DNA of 64,000 bases from Macrostomum lignano. Its lineage: Eukaryota. Position 1 is the first letter of the stretch, and each line of letters begins with the position of its first letter. A program made the translations under genes and the position numbers. The notes below the pieces were generated by a model. The model was not told where the DNA came from. It made no database searches and worked only from the letters and a program-made list of their open reading frames with translations. Shown piece after piece: positions 13,216-25,004 of this stretch. The DNA lies in assembly GCA_002269645.1 (NCBI GenBank), contig NIVC01000438.1, forward strand, positions 1 through 64,000. The letters run 5' to 3'.

Positions 13216-13834
13216 GGGTGGAAAATAGTGTGCCAAATTAGCTGTGAATGCCGCATTACATTAAGACTATCCCCAACTCAGAGCAAGCCAGCAGATAAAC
13301 AACTTAAAAGTTCATAAAGCTGTTTAAAAATAGCCTGGTTAATTACCGAAGTTAGCCATGCATTTTACCTGGATACTAACAGCTTAGCGAAGCGTACAGC
13401 CAATCCGCACAAGTCTATCAATATTTACCAAAGTGAAAGCAAATCTCCTATTGAATACAAACAACCAGCAAGATATGAGTTAATTAATCATAAATCGCTG
13501 GGGCGGCTTCCGAGGCACGGAGCAGAGTTTGATGCGAAGCGACTCCGCTCTATTCACATAGCCGAGGAGGTGTAGAGTACACGTAAATATTTTTGCGTGC
13601 CGGATTTTTTCTTCAAATAAGATACCCCTAATCTGATAATCCCTACCCCCCCCCCCATTCTCATCTGAAGCTTCCTAGTGCACCGTGAAATCTGCTTCTC
13701 AGTTAAGCTCAAGGCACTTCCGTAGAAACACGTGATAAATAAAAGATAAAAGTACTCGATTTATAGTACTAGTGGGAGTGGGTACTATTTCCCTGTTCAG
13801 AAATATTTTGACTTTATGAACTGATCCGTCATTC

Positions 13835-14625
13835 ACCATCTCCCACTGACTCTCCTCTCCCACTGCATTCTCCCACTGACTCTCCTCTCCCACTGCCATC
13901 TCCCACTGACTCTCCTCTCCCACTGCCATCTCCCACTGACTCTCCTCTCCCACTGCCATCTCCCACTGACTCTCCTCTCCCACTGCATTCTCCCACTGAC
14001 TCTCCTCTCCCACTGCATTCTCCCACTGACTCTCCTCTCCCACTGCCATCTCCCACTGACTCTCCTCTCCCACTGCCATCTCCCACTGACTCTCCTCTCT
14101 CACTGCCATCTCCCACTGACTCTCCTCTCCCACTGCCATCTCCCACTGACTCTCCTCTCCCACTGCCATCTCCCACTGACTCTCCTCTCCTACTGCCATC
14201 TCCCACTGACTCTCCTCTCTCACTGCCATCTCCCACTGACTCTCCTCTCCCACTGCCATCTCCCACTGACTCTCCTCTCCCACTGCCATCTCCCACTGAC
14301 TCTCCTCTCCCACTGCCATCTCCCACTGACTCTCCTCTCTCACTGCATTCTCCCACTGACTCTCCTCTCTCACTGCCATCTCCCACTGACTCTCCTCTCC
14401 CACTGCATTCTCCCACTGACTCTCCTCTCTCACTGCCATCTCCCACTGACTCTCCTCTCTCACTGCCATCTCCCACTGACTCTCCTCTCCCACTGCATTC
14501 TCCCACTGACTCTCCTCTCTCACTGCCATCTCCCACTGACTCTCCTCTCTCACTGCCATCTCCCACTGACTCTCCTCTCCCACTGCCATCTCCCACTGAC
14601 TCTCCTCTCCCACTGCCATCTCCCA
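13835..14625. repeat. 30-bp minisatellite (TCCCACTGACTCTCCTCTCCCACTGCCATC)n
   Basis: Directly visible; 10-aa periodic ORFs. Confidence 0.95.
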
Positions 14626-15085
14626 CTCTCATCTCACACTCTCATCTCCCACTCTCATTCTCACTCTCATCTCCCACTCTCATCTCCCACTCTCATCTCA
14701 CACTCTCATCTCCCACTCTCATTCCCACTCTCATCTCACACTCTCATCTCCCACTCTCATCTCACACTCTCATCTCCCACTCTCATTCCCACTCTCATCT
14801 CCCACTCTCATCTCCCACTCTCATCTCCCACTCTCATCTCCCACTCTCATCTCACACTCTCATCTCACACTCTCATCTCCCACTCTCATCTCCCACTCTC
14901 ATCTCCCACTCTCATCTCCCACTCTCATCTCACACTCTCATCTCCCACTCTCATCTCCCACTCTCATCTCACTCTCTCATCTCCCACTCTCATCTCCCAC
15001 TCTCATCTCCCACTCTCATCTCCCATTCCCATCTCACACTCTCCTCTCCCACTCTCATCTCACACTCTCATCTCCCACTATCCAT
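14626..15085. repeat. 13-bp minisatellite (TCCCACTCTCATC)n
   Basis: Directly visible; abuts the 30-bp array. Confidence 0.9.
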
Positions 15086-15397
15086 TCTCCTTTCCCTTTT
15101 CGCTCCTCCCCCACCTCTCCTACCGCTTCCATCATCTCTCTATTCTATTTTTCAGTACCCTCTCGTCCTTCATGCGCCCAGCTATTTCCTGCAGCAGTCC
15201 AGCTTTGCCTTATCCAACTTTGGAACTCCATCCGCCATTTTCAGTCATCACCTCTTCCCGCTCTCGGCCCACGCCCCCGTTCCACTTTCCTTCACAATCC
15301 CCCTTCTATCCCCCAGCTGCTTTTAGCTGACCCCGTTTTTATTATTTTCTTCTAGAAGTAACTTTTCAGCTTGCTAATTTAAAATTTGGATTCCTTT

Positions 15398-15398
15398 C

Positions 15399-15446
<48 letters not shown>
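15398..15446. repeat. (CT)n microsatellite
   Basis: Directly visible. Confidence 0.9.
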
Positions 15447-15448
<2 letters not shown>

Positions 15449-15763
15449 GCTACGCTTTTGGCTGTCAACTCCCTGTCAACAGAAAGCCATCTGATATTTG
15501 ATTTGCATAAAAATATCATATAGCTCTAAGAGAGAATTATTTATAATTTAATGGTTTATAATTACATCACGCGATCAAGGTTATGGCACTTTTTTATCAT
15601 CAATTTTCGATTATTGACTGACAGAGCAAATTGCTGAGTAAATGTACTTTTAACCTACTAGTAGTAGTTCAGGCTTGGGAAATGTTACTGTTTGGAATAT
15701 AACAAGTCGTTTTGAAGTTTCTAAACAACGCAATTATTGACTATTTTAACACCTCTGCTTCAG

Positions 15764-15903
15764 CTCGGTCGCATCGTCTCAATGTTGGTCGACTTTGGTC
15801 GTTGACTGGTCGGCAGATTATAACGGCCAGTCAGCAGAGTTTCACTGCTACTACTGCTGCTGCTGCTGCGCGCAATTCATCTACTGAAAGTAGCAAGCTG
15901 TGA
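15764..15903 (+). CDS. ACOT8: ACOT8-like exon 4 (ARSHRLNVGRLWSLTGRQIITASQQ...ESSKL*), C-terminal PTS1
   Basis: Acceptor TGCTTCAG| at 15763 (phase 1); GRLW..G...Q motif; SKL terminus; the join 2190-2290, 2614-2786, 8855-9559, 15764-15903 is 1119 nt, an open 372-aa protein. Confidence 0.9.
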
Positions 15904-15965
15904 ATTTTAGTAACATTTTGGACGAATGTATATTTAATATTTTTGGAGGTGTAGGTATAGCGCTG

Positions 15966-16400
15966 GGTGTGGGATATGACAGGGTGTGGGATAGGACAGG
16001 GTGTGGGATAGGACAGGGTATGGGAAAGAGCAGGGTGTAGAATATGACAGGGTGTGGGATATGACAGGGTGTGGGAAAGGACAGGGTGTAGGATAGGACA
16101 GGGTGTGGGATAGGACAGGGTGTGGGATAGGACAGGGTGTGGGATAGGACAGGGTGTGGAATAGGACAGGGTGTGGGATAGGACGGTGTGGGATAGGACA
16201 GGGTGTGGGAAAGGACAGGGTGTGGGATAGGACAGGGTGTGGGATAGGACAGGGTGTGGGATAGGACAGGGTGTGGGATAGGACAGGGTGTGGGATAGGA
16301 CAGGGTGTGGGATAGGACAGGGTGTGGGATAGGACAGGGTGTGGGATAGGACAGGGTGTGGGAAAGGACAGGGTGTGGGATAGGACAGGGTGTGGGAAGG
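15966..16400. repeat. 17-bp G-rich minisatellite (GGGTGTGGGATAGGACA)n
   Basis: Directly visible; starts about 60 bp after the ACOT8 stop. Confidence 0.95.
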
Positions 16401-16743
16401 AGCGATAACGCTACTTATAATGCAGGTATGATTTAATGTTTTTATGAAATTCATCAAAACCCAGTGTACTAACTTTTCTCATCATATAAGCTCACTAAAG
16501 GTAGAAATTCAGCACAAGAAGCATATCAAAGCAAATAAAATGATTAAAAGTCAATATTTGAGTAAATCTGGGCGGCTCGTAATGCTTATGAGCCGAAGCA
16601 GTGGAAGGTAGCATCCGAGTTTGTTTGCTTAATTATCGGGCTTAAGATTCTCGGTGGGTTGATGATGACTCGTGACTTTAAAAGAAGCTTTCGCAGCAGA
16701 GAGAAAGACAACAGAAACCCACGTGAGGCTGAGTCAGGAAGCC

Positions 16744-16934
16744 ATGCTGAAGCTGCACGCAGTTGAGAGGAACTGGCGCACCCTGCTGGAGGCGCTGGAC
16801 TCCATCGGTGAACACCTGCGAGATAGTTTCACTCACTATGACACCGTGTTCAAGCGCTGCGACCGCTACTTCATGCAGAAGCATGGGAGAAAGGCTGATA
16901 CCCTGCATGACATTATTGTCATTCTCAACTGCAG
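16744..16934 (+). CDS. Uncharacterised gene, first identified exon (MLKLHAVERNWRTLLEALDS...IIVILNCR)
   Basis: Coding-like GC-rich frame; donor AG|GTGAGC at 16935 (phase 2) joins in frame to 46839; the true start is uncertain (frame open from 16672, NAGNAG acceptor at 16696/16699). Confidence 0.65.
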
Positions 16935-17045
16935 GTGAGCTGTTGCTGGGTGAGGGGTGAATTGGAATAGAATTGGTTGCTAATCTAGCCAATCTAAATA
17001 TACTAAATCTCTAATATTTGTATGTCCATAACGCTCTAGTCTAAA

Positions 17046-20000
17046 CTAGCAATCTACGCCCCCCGTTGGGGAGCCAAAGAAATGCAATACACGTTTTTTT
17101 AATAAGCTACATGTATCCTTGAAATCTTAAAAAATCTCCTATCAAACCTTGTAAGCCTTGACATGTCAGTAATTCCCCCCCACAAGCTTTAACATATCAA
17201 CTTCCCCCCTTGACATCTCAGCCATGCCCCCAATAAGCCTTGGAAATCTAAAAATATCTGTCAACCTTCTAACCCTAACCCTAACCTAACCCTAAAGCAT
17301 TGAAATTTCAGTAATTCTCTTTAAGAGTCATTATAGCACTACTACAGCATTATAGCGATTCCCTGCAAGCCTCGACATTGTAAGGATTCCCAAATGAATA
17401 TCTTAACTTCGACATGAAGCTTCTTTTATTTTTTACATTACGCTTTTTTAATCAGCGATCCCTCCCCTGAGGAGGCATCAAATAATGTAATAAAAAGTTT
17501 TCAATAAACTACATGTAGCTTCTGACTTTAGCCTTGAAATCTCATTTTTACCCCCGTGAGCCTTGACATCTCAGCTATTCCCCCCGTAAGCCTTAACATG
17601 TCAGCGATGGCGCCCATAAACCTTGAAATCTGAAAAATCCCCTGCTAACCTTGAAACTCGATAAAATATAACCCTCAACCCACACCTGACCTAAACCTAA
17701 CTTTAACCCAACATAAAGCCTTGAAATCTCAGCAATTCTTCTCCCCTAAGCCTTGACATTTTAGTGATTCCTTCTTTAAGAATCACAGCACTATAACGAT
17801 TTCCACCTAGCTTTGACATCGTAGCAATTCCCAAATGAATCTTTTAACTTCGACATGACTTTTCTTTTATGTATACATAGTGCTACTTTTATTTTTTACA
17901 TGACTCTTCTTCTATCAGCGCCTCCCGTGGCGAGCCAACAAAGAATGCAATAAAAAAAATTGAGTAAAGTACATGAACTTTGAATTAGCTTCTGACTTTT
18001 GCTTTGACATCTCAGAAACCCCCCCCCCCGTAATCTCAGTTATTCTCTGAGAGCCTTGACGTCTCAGTTTTTCTCCCCAGCACAGCATTATAGCTGCATT
18101 TAATTTTTCCATGACACCTTTCATGTCTGACATGACGCTTCTTTTATTCTACTATGATGCTTCTTAATTTTTTAAATGACACTTTCATTAGTTTTTAAAT
18201 GACGCTTCTATGATTTTTTCATGACGATTCTATGATTATTTACATGACGCTTCTATGATTTTTAGATGACGCTTCGATGATTGTTTACATGACGCTTATA
18301 TGATTTTTAACATGACGCTTCTATGATTTTTAAAATGACGCTTCTATGATTGTTTACATGACGCTTCTATGATTTTTTACATGACGCTTCTATGATTTTT
18401 AACATGACGCTTCTATGATTGTTTACATGACGCTTCTATGATTGTTTACATGACGCTTCTATGATTTTTTAAATGACGCTTCTATGATTTTTATATTACG
18501 CTCTTACGATTTTTTACATGACGCTTCTATGATTGTTTACACGATGCTTCTATGATTTTTACATGGCGCTTCTATGATTGTTTACATGGCGCTTCTATGA
18601 TTGTTTATATGACGCTTCTATGATTTTTTAAATGACGCTTCTACGATTTTTTACATGACGCTTTTATGATGTTTTAGATGACGCTTCTATGATTTTTTAC
18701 ATGACGCTTCTATGATTTTTTACATGACGCTTCTATGATTGTTTACACGATGCTTCTATGATTTTTTACATGACGCTTCTATGATTTTTTACATGACGCT
18801 TCTATGATTTTTACATGACGCTTCTATGATTTTTACATGACGCTTCTATGATTTTTTACATGACGCTTCTATGATTGTTTACATGACGCTTCTATGATTG
18901 TTTACATGACGCTTCTATGATTTTTTAAATGACGTTTTTTGATTTTTATATGACGCCTCTATGATTTTTTAAATGACGCTTCTATGATTTTTATATTACG
19001 CTCTTACGATTTTTTACATGACGCTTCTATGATTGTTTACACGATGCTTCTATGATTTTTTACATGACTCTTCTATGATTTTTACATGACGCTTCCATGA
19101 TTGTTTACATGACGCTTCTATGATTTTTTACATGACGTTTCTATGATTGTTTACATGACGCTTCTATGATTGTTTACATGACGCTTCTATGATTTTTTAA
19201 ATGACGCTTCTATGATTTTTATATGACGCTTCTATGATTGTTTACATGACGCTTCTATGATTGTTTACATGGCGCTTCTATGATTGTTTACATGACGCTT
19301 CTATGATTGTTTATATGACGCTTCTATGATTTTTTAAATGACGCTTCTACGATTTTTTACATGACGCTTTTATGATGTTTTAGATGACGCTTCTATGATT
19401 TTTTACATGACGCTTCTATGATTTTTTACATGAAGCTTCTATGATTGTTTACATGACGCTTCTATGATTGTTTGCATGACGCTTCTATAATTTTTTACAT
19501 GACGCTTCCATGATTGTTTACATGACGCTTCTATGATTTTTTACATGACGCTTCTATGATTGTTTACATGACGCTTCTATGATTGTTTACATGACGCTTC
19601 TATGATTTTTTAAATGACGCTTCTATGATTTTTATATGACGCTTCTATGATTTTTGCATGACGCTTCTATGATTATTACATGACGCTTTTATTATTTTTT
19701 CATGACGCTTCCATGATTTTTTCATGACGCTTCTATGATTTTTTATGACGCTTCTATGATTGTTTGCATGACGCTTCTATGATTGTTTACATGACGCTTC
19801 TATGATTTTTTCATGACGCTTCGATGATTGTTTACATGACGCTTCTATGATTTTTTACATTACACTTCCATGATTTTTATATAACGCTTTTACGATTTTT
19901 ACATGGCGATTCTATGATTGTTTACATGACGCTTCTATGATTTTTTACATGACGCTTCTATGATTTTTTCATGACGCTTCTATGATTTTTTACATGACAC

Positions 20001-20774
20001 TTCTATGATTGTTTACATGACGCTTCTATGATTGTATACATGACGCTTCTATGATTGTTTACATGACGCTTCTATGATTTTTTACATTACGCTTCTATGA
20101 TTTTTATATAACGCTTTTACGATTTTTTACATGACACTTCTATGATTTTTTACATGACGCTTCTTTTTAAAAAGTCTTTTAGTTTTCCTGACGTTGAAAA
20201 GCTTTAATTAAAAAAATTATACTCTATGAAAATTCGAACCATCGTCGCTGCATTTGACAGTTCAGTTTGTTCACCTCTAGGCTAGCTCTCATCGTTTTGA
20301 TAACATCAAATTTTGCACTTATATAATTCAACACTTTAAAATCCAAGCATAGAGTAAATCACACGAAGCAGTTATGACATAATCAGTTTCTCAGTCAGTC
20401 AGTATCAGTTAACAATATGGTTACGCAATTTAAATCAAGTCTGGTGCTACGCTTCCACACTGCATTTTCAATTCAAGTCGGAGTTACAATTCAGTTATGA
20501 TGCAATCTATTTCAGAATCAGAATTCAACCAGTCAGTTTGTTCTCTAGCATTCTTACAATGCATTTCAAGTCGAAAAGTTTGCTTGACCTTTGCAAAAAA
20601 GCATGTTTTTCGAATATTTAATGCCTTTAGCATCGAGCAATTTCTTAGCCACGATGCATGTACAGTCACGGGAAAATTTCTGATCGAACAGTGCAAGTTC
20701 GAACAAAATCGGTCCAGCCATTTTTTCTCTAATCGATCACATAGACACAGACAGACCATTTTTAGTATATAGGA
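17046..20774 (-). mobile_element. Helitron-like element A (22-23-bp minisatellite subfamily)
   Basis: Minus-strand 5' TCCTATATACTAAAAATGG; 3' CTCCCCAACGGGGGG-CGTAGATTGCTAG; inverted near-copy of F outside the minisatellite. Confidence 0.85.
18190..20165. repeat. 22-23-bp minisatellite (ACATGACGCTTCTATGATTGTTT)n inside A
   Basis: Directly visible; reverse-complement arrays at about 28980-30245 (D), 36890-37850 (E) and 40003-42545 (F). Confidence 0.95.
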
Positions 20775-20904
20775 CTAGCAATCTTCGCCCCCCGATGGGG
20801 GACATCTGGATAGAATCTCTGTTTTCTAAAGTAACAAAAAGACAGCCAAAAATCCTTCAAAAAGACAACAGACAAACTGCTCAAATGAAGTGCATTGCAA
20901 AAAG

Positions 20905-21345
20905 AAATCATCCCAAGACTGCAAGCATCCCCCAGATAGCAAGCATCCCCTAGATAGCAAGCATCCCCAAGATGGCAAGCATCCCCCAGATAGCAAGCAT
21001 CCCCCAGATTGCAAGCATCCCCCAGATAGCAAGCATCCCCAAGATAGCAAGCATCCCTCAGATAGCAAGCATCCCCCAGATAGCAAGCATCCCCCAGATA
21101 GCAAGCATCCCCCAGATAGCAAGCATCCCCCAGAAAGCAAGCATCCCCCAGATAGCAAGCATCCCCCAGATAGCAAGCATCCCCCAGATAGCAAGCATCC
21201 CCCAGATAGCAAGCATCCCCCAGATAGCAAGCATCCCCAGATAGCAAGCATCCCCCAGATAGCAAGCATCCCCCAGATAGCAAGCATCCCCCAGATAGCA
21301 AGCATCCCCAAGATAGATAGCATCCCCAAATAGCAAGCATCCACC
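20905..21345. repeat. 18-bp minisatellite (GATAGCAAGCATCCCCCA)n near the 3' end of B
   Basis: Directly visible; related reverse-complement arrays at about 27540-28090 (C) and 36520-36730 (E). Confidence 0.9.
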
Positions 21346-21439
21346 AGACAATAAGTAGCTAGTGCGACAATTTCCTTAGCATTATAGCGGCTCCTTTAAA
21401 ATTCGCTTACTTTTACGTTTGAAATTGTGTATCTTTTTA

Positions 21440-23690
21440 TGTTTAACAGGGTGGCTCTTTTATGTTCTACGCTCGTACATGGTAACTCTTTTATGTTTGA
21501 TACGGTGGCTTTTCAATGTCTGACATAGTGGCTCTTCTATGTTTGACATGGGGGCTCTTCTATGTTTGACATGGGGGCTCTTCTATGTTTGACATGGGGG
21601 CTCTTCTATGTTTGACATGGGGGCTCTTCTATGTTTTACAAAGTGGCTTTTTAATGTTCAAAAAGGTGGCTCTTTTATGTTTGACATGGTGGCTCTTTAA
21701 TGTTTGACATGGTGGCTCTTTAATGTTTGACATGGTGGCTCTTTAATGTTAGACAAAGTAGCTCTTTAATGTTTGACATGGTGGCTCTTTAATGTTAGAC
21801 AAAGTAGCTCTTTAATGTTTGACATGATGGCTCTTTAATGATAGACATGGTGGCTCTTTAATTTTTGACATGGTGGCTCTTTAATGTTGGACATGGTGGC
21901 TCTTTAATGTTAGACATGGTGGCTCTTTAATGTTCGACATAAAGTCACTTATATGTTTGACATGATGGCTCTTTTATGTTTAACATGGTGGCTCTTTAAT
22001 GTTTGACATGGTAGCTCTTTTATGTTCGACATGGTGGCTCTTTAATGTTCGACATGGTGGCTCTTTTATGTTCGACATGGTGTCGCTTCAATGTTTGACA
22101 TGGAGTTACGTATATGTTTTACATGGTGGCTCTTTTATGTTCGACGTGGTGGCTCTTTAATGTTTGACATGGGGTCTCTTCAATGTTTGACATGGAGTTA
22201 CGTATATGTTTGACATGGTGGCTCTTTAATGTTTTACATGGTGGCACTTTCATGTTTGACCTGGTGGCTCTTAAATGTTTGACATGGTGGCTCTGTAATG
22301 TTTGACATGGTGTCTCTTTAACGTTTGACATAGAGTCATGTATATGTTTGACATGGTGGCTCTTAAATGTTTGACATGGTGGCTCTTTAATATTTGACAT
22401 GGTGGCCCTTTTATGTTCGACATGGTGGCTCTTTAATGTTTGACATGGAGTCATATATATGTTTGACCTGGTGGCTCTTGTATTTTTAACACGTTGGCTC
22501 TTTAATGTTCGACATGGTGGCTCTTAAATGTCTAACATGGAGTCACGTATATGTTTGACATGGAGTCATGTATATGTCTGGTATGGTAGCTCTTTAATGT
22601 TTTACATGGAGTCACCTATATGTTTCACATGGTGGCTATTTTATGTTTGACATGGTGCTTCTTAAATGTTCGACATGGTGGCTCTTTAATGTTTTACATG
22701 GTGGCACTTTCATGTTTGACCTGGTGGCTCTTTAATGTTTGACATGGTGGCTCTTTAATATTTGACATGGTGGCCCTTTTATGTTCGACATGGTGGCTCT
22801 TTAATGTTTGACATGGAGTCATGTATATGTTTGACCTGGTGGCTCTTTAATGTTTGACATGGTGGCTCTTTAATGTTTTACATGGTGGCACTTTCATGTT
22901 TGACCTGGTGGCTCTTTAATGTTTGACATGGTGGCTCTTTAATATTTGACATGGTGGCCCTTTTATGTTCGACATGGTGGCTCTTTAATGTTTGACATGG
23001 AGTCATGTATATGTTTGACCTGGTGGCACTTTCATGTTTGACCTGGTGGCTCTTTAATGTTTGACATGGTGGCTTTTTAATATTTGACATGGTGGCACTT
23101 TCATGTTTGACCTGGTGGGTCTTTAATGTTTGACATGGTACCTCTTTTATGTTCGACATGGTGGCTCTTTAATGTTTTACATGGTGGCTCTTTAATGTTT
23201 GACATGGTGGCTCTTTAATGTTTGATAAGGTGGCTCTTTAATGTTTGACATTGTGGCTCTTTAATATTTGACAAGGTGGCTCTTTAATGTTTAAAATGGT
23301 GGCTCTTTAATTTTCGAAATGGTGGCTGTTTTATGTTTGACATGGTGGCTCTTTAATGTTCGACATGGTGGCTCTTTAATGTTCTTAATGGTGTCTGTTT
23401 TATGTTTGACCTGGCGGCTCTTTAATGTTTGACATGGTAACTCTTTTAGGTTTGAAATGGTGTCTCTTTAATGTTTGCCATTGTGGCTCTTTAATGTTTG
23501 ACATGGTGGCTTTTTAATGTTCGACATGGTGGCTCTTTTAGGTTTGAAATGGTAACTCTTGTATGTTTGATATGGTGGCTCTTTTATGTTCGACATGGTG
23601 GCTCTTTAATGTTTGACATTGTGGCTCTTTAATGTTTGAAATGGTGGCTCTTTAATGTTTCGACATGGTGGCTCTTTAATGTTGAGAATT
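21440..23690. repeat. 23-bp minisatellite (TTTGACATGGTGGCTCTTTAATG)n inside B
   Basis: Directly visible. Confidence 0.95.
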
Positions 23691-24872
23691 TTGTGTTTTT
23701 TAACGTGTTTTAATAAAAAAAACATTTTTCACCACTAAGATTCGAACCAAGGTCGCTACATTAGCATTCCAGTCTGTTTGCATCCGGCTATCTCTTTTCA
23801 ATTGGAGAACATGACTTGTGGCCCTTATAATTCAATACTTATAGCAAGTCGGTAAGAGTAAAAAGTTATGACATAATCAATTTCTCAGTCAGCCAGTATC
23901 AGTCTGAATTCAAGTTAGCAATATGGTTACGCAATTTCAATGAAGTCTTGTGTGCGTTTCTGTGGCACTGTTTTCACCTTGTTGTGATGCAATCTTTATC
24001 ACAATCGTAATTCAGCCAGTCAGTTTTTTCTCTAGCATTCTTACAATGCATTTCAAGTCAAAAATTTGGCTTGACCTTTGCAAAAAAGCATGTTTTTCGA
24101 ATATTTAATCCCTTTAACATTGAGCAATTTCTTAGCCAAGATACATGTACCGTCCCAGGAACATTTCTGATCGAATGGTGCAAGTTTGAAGAAAATCGGT
24201 TGAGCCATTTTTTCTGAAATCTATCGCATAGCTAGTTAGTTACAGACATTTCATTTTTAGTATATAGGATATACTAAATCTCTAAGGTTTGTATGTTTGA
24301 ATGCTTGCTTGTCCATCTTCCAATATACTAAAAATGGTCTGTCGGTATGTGTGTGTGTGTGTATGTGTGTGTGTGTGATCGATTTTAGCAAAAACGGCTC
24401 AACCGATTTTCTTCGAACTTGCACTGTTCGATCAGAAATTTTCCCGTGACAGTACATGCATCGTGGCTAAGAAATTGCTTGATGCTAAAGGGATTAAATA
24501 TTCGAAAAACATGCTTTTTGCAAAGGTCAAGCAGCTCTTTCGACTTGAAATGCATCGTAAGAATGCTAGCAGAAAAACTGACTGGTTGAATTCTGATTCT
24601 GAAATAGATTGCATCACAATACACTTTATTTATCGTCTGTGTACTGGCTGAATTTGACACTCAATTGAATTGCGTCACAGCTTTGAGTGTGAAAGCATAG
24701 CGCAGTACTGAATTTATATTACGTAACCATATTGTAAACTTTCATAGACACTGGTACTGACTTGCCTAAGAAATTGATTATGTCATAACTGCTTCGTGAG
24801 ACTTTTTACTCTACCTGACTTGGTGTGAGTGTTGAATTATATAAGTGGTACAACATCACTGATAACTTCGAT

Positions 24873-24935
24873 GAGAGCTAGCCTAGAGCTGAACAGACCA
24901 GACTGCTAATGCAGCGACCTAGGTTCGAATCTAAG
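24873..24935 (+). other. tRNA-like/SINE-head module with Pol III A- and B-box-like motifs (one of eight copies)
   Basis: TAGCCTAGAG...GACTGCTAATGCAGCGACCTAGGTTCGAATCTAAG; other copies near 20230-20290(-), 23731-23795(-), 28853-28912, 29564-29615, 31924-31985, 36774-36832, 39873-39935; stems are imperfect so it is not a functional tRNA. Confidence 0.6.
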
Positions 24936-25004
24936 TAGTTTAAAAGTAGTAGTGTAAAATTTTTTATTAAAAGGTTTTATTAAAGGACTAAATAAAAACA
25001 CTTA

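Larger units (their letters stand above)
20775..24269 (-). mobile_element. Helitron-like element B (23-bp minisatellite subfamily)
   Basis: Minus-strand 5' TCCTATATACTAAAAATGAAATG; 3' GTCCCCCATCGGGGGG-CGAAGATTGCTAG abuts the 5' TC of A. Confidence 0.85.

Noticed and set aside
13495-13580. GC-rich exon-like island in ACOT8 intron 3
   Set aside because: No phase-compatible open acceptor/donor pair; the gene is complete without it.
12152-14632. Long low-complexity ORFs ([28 protein letters not shown])
   Set aside because: They are frames of 24- and 30-bp repeats inside ACOT8 intron 3.
24873-24935. Functional tRNA-Ser(GCT) gene
   Set aside because: Acceptor and anticodon stems pair poorly, there is no long variable arm, and all copies lie within Helitron-like elements.
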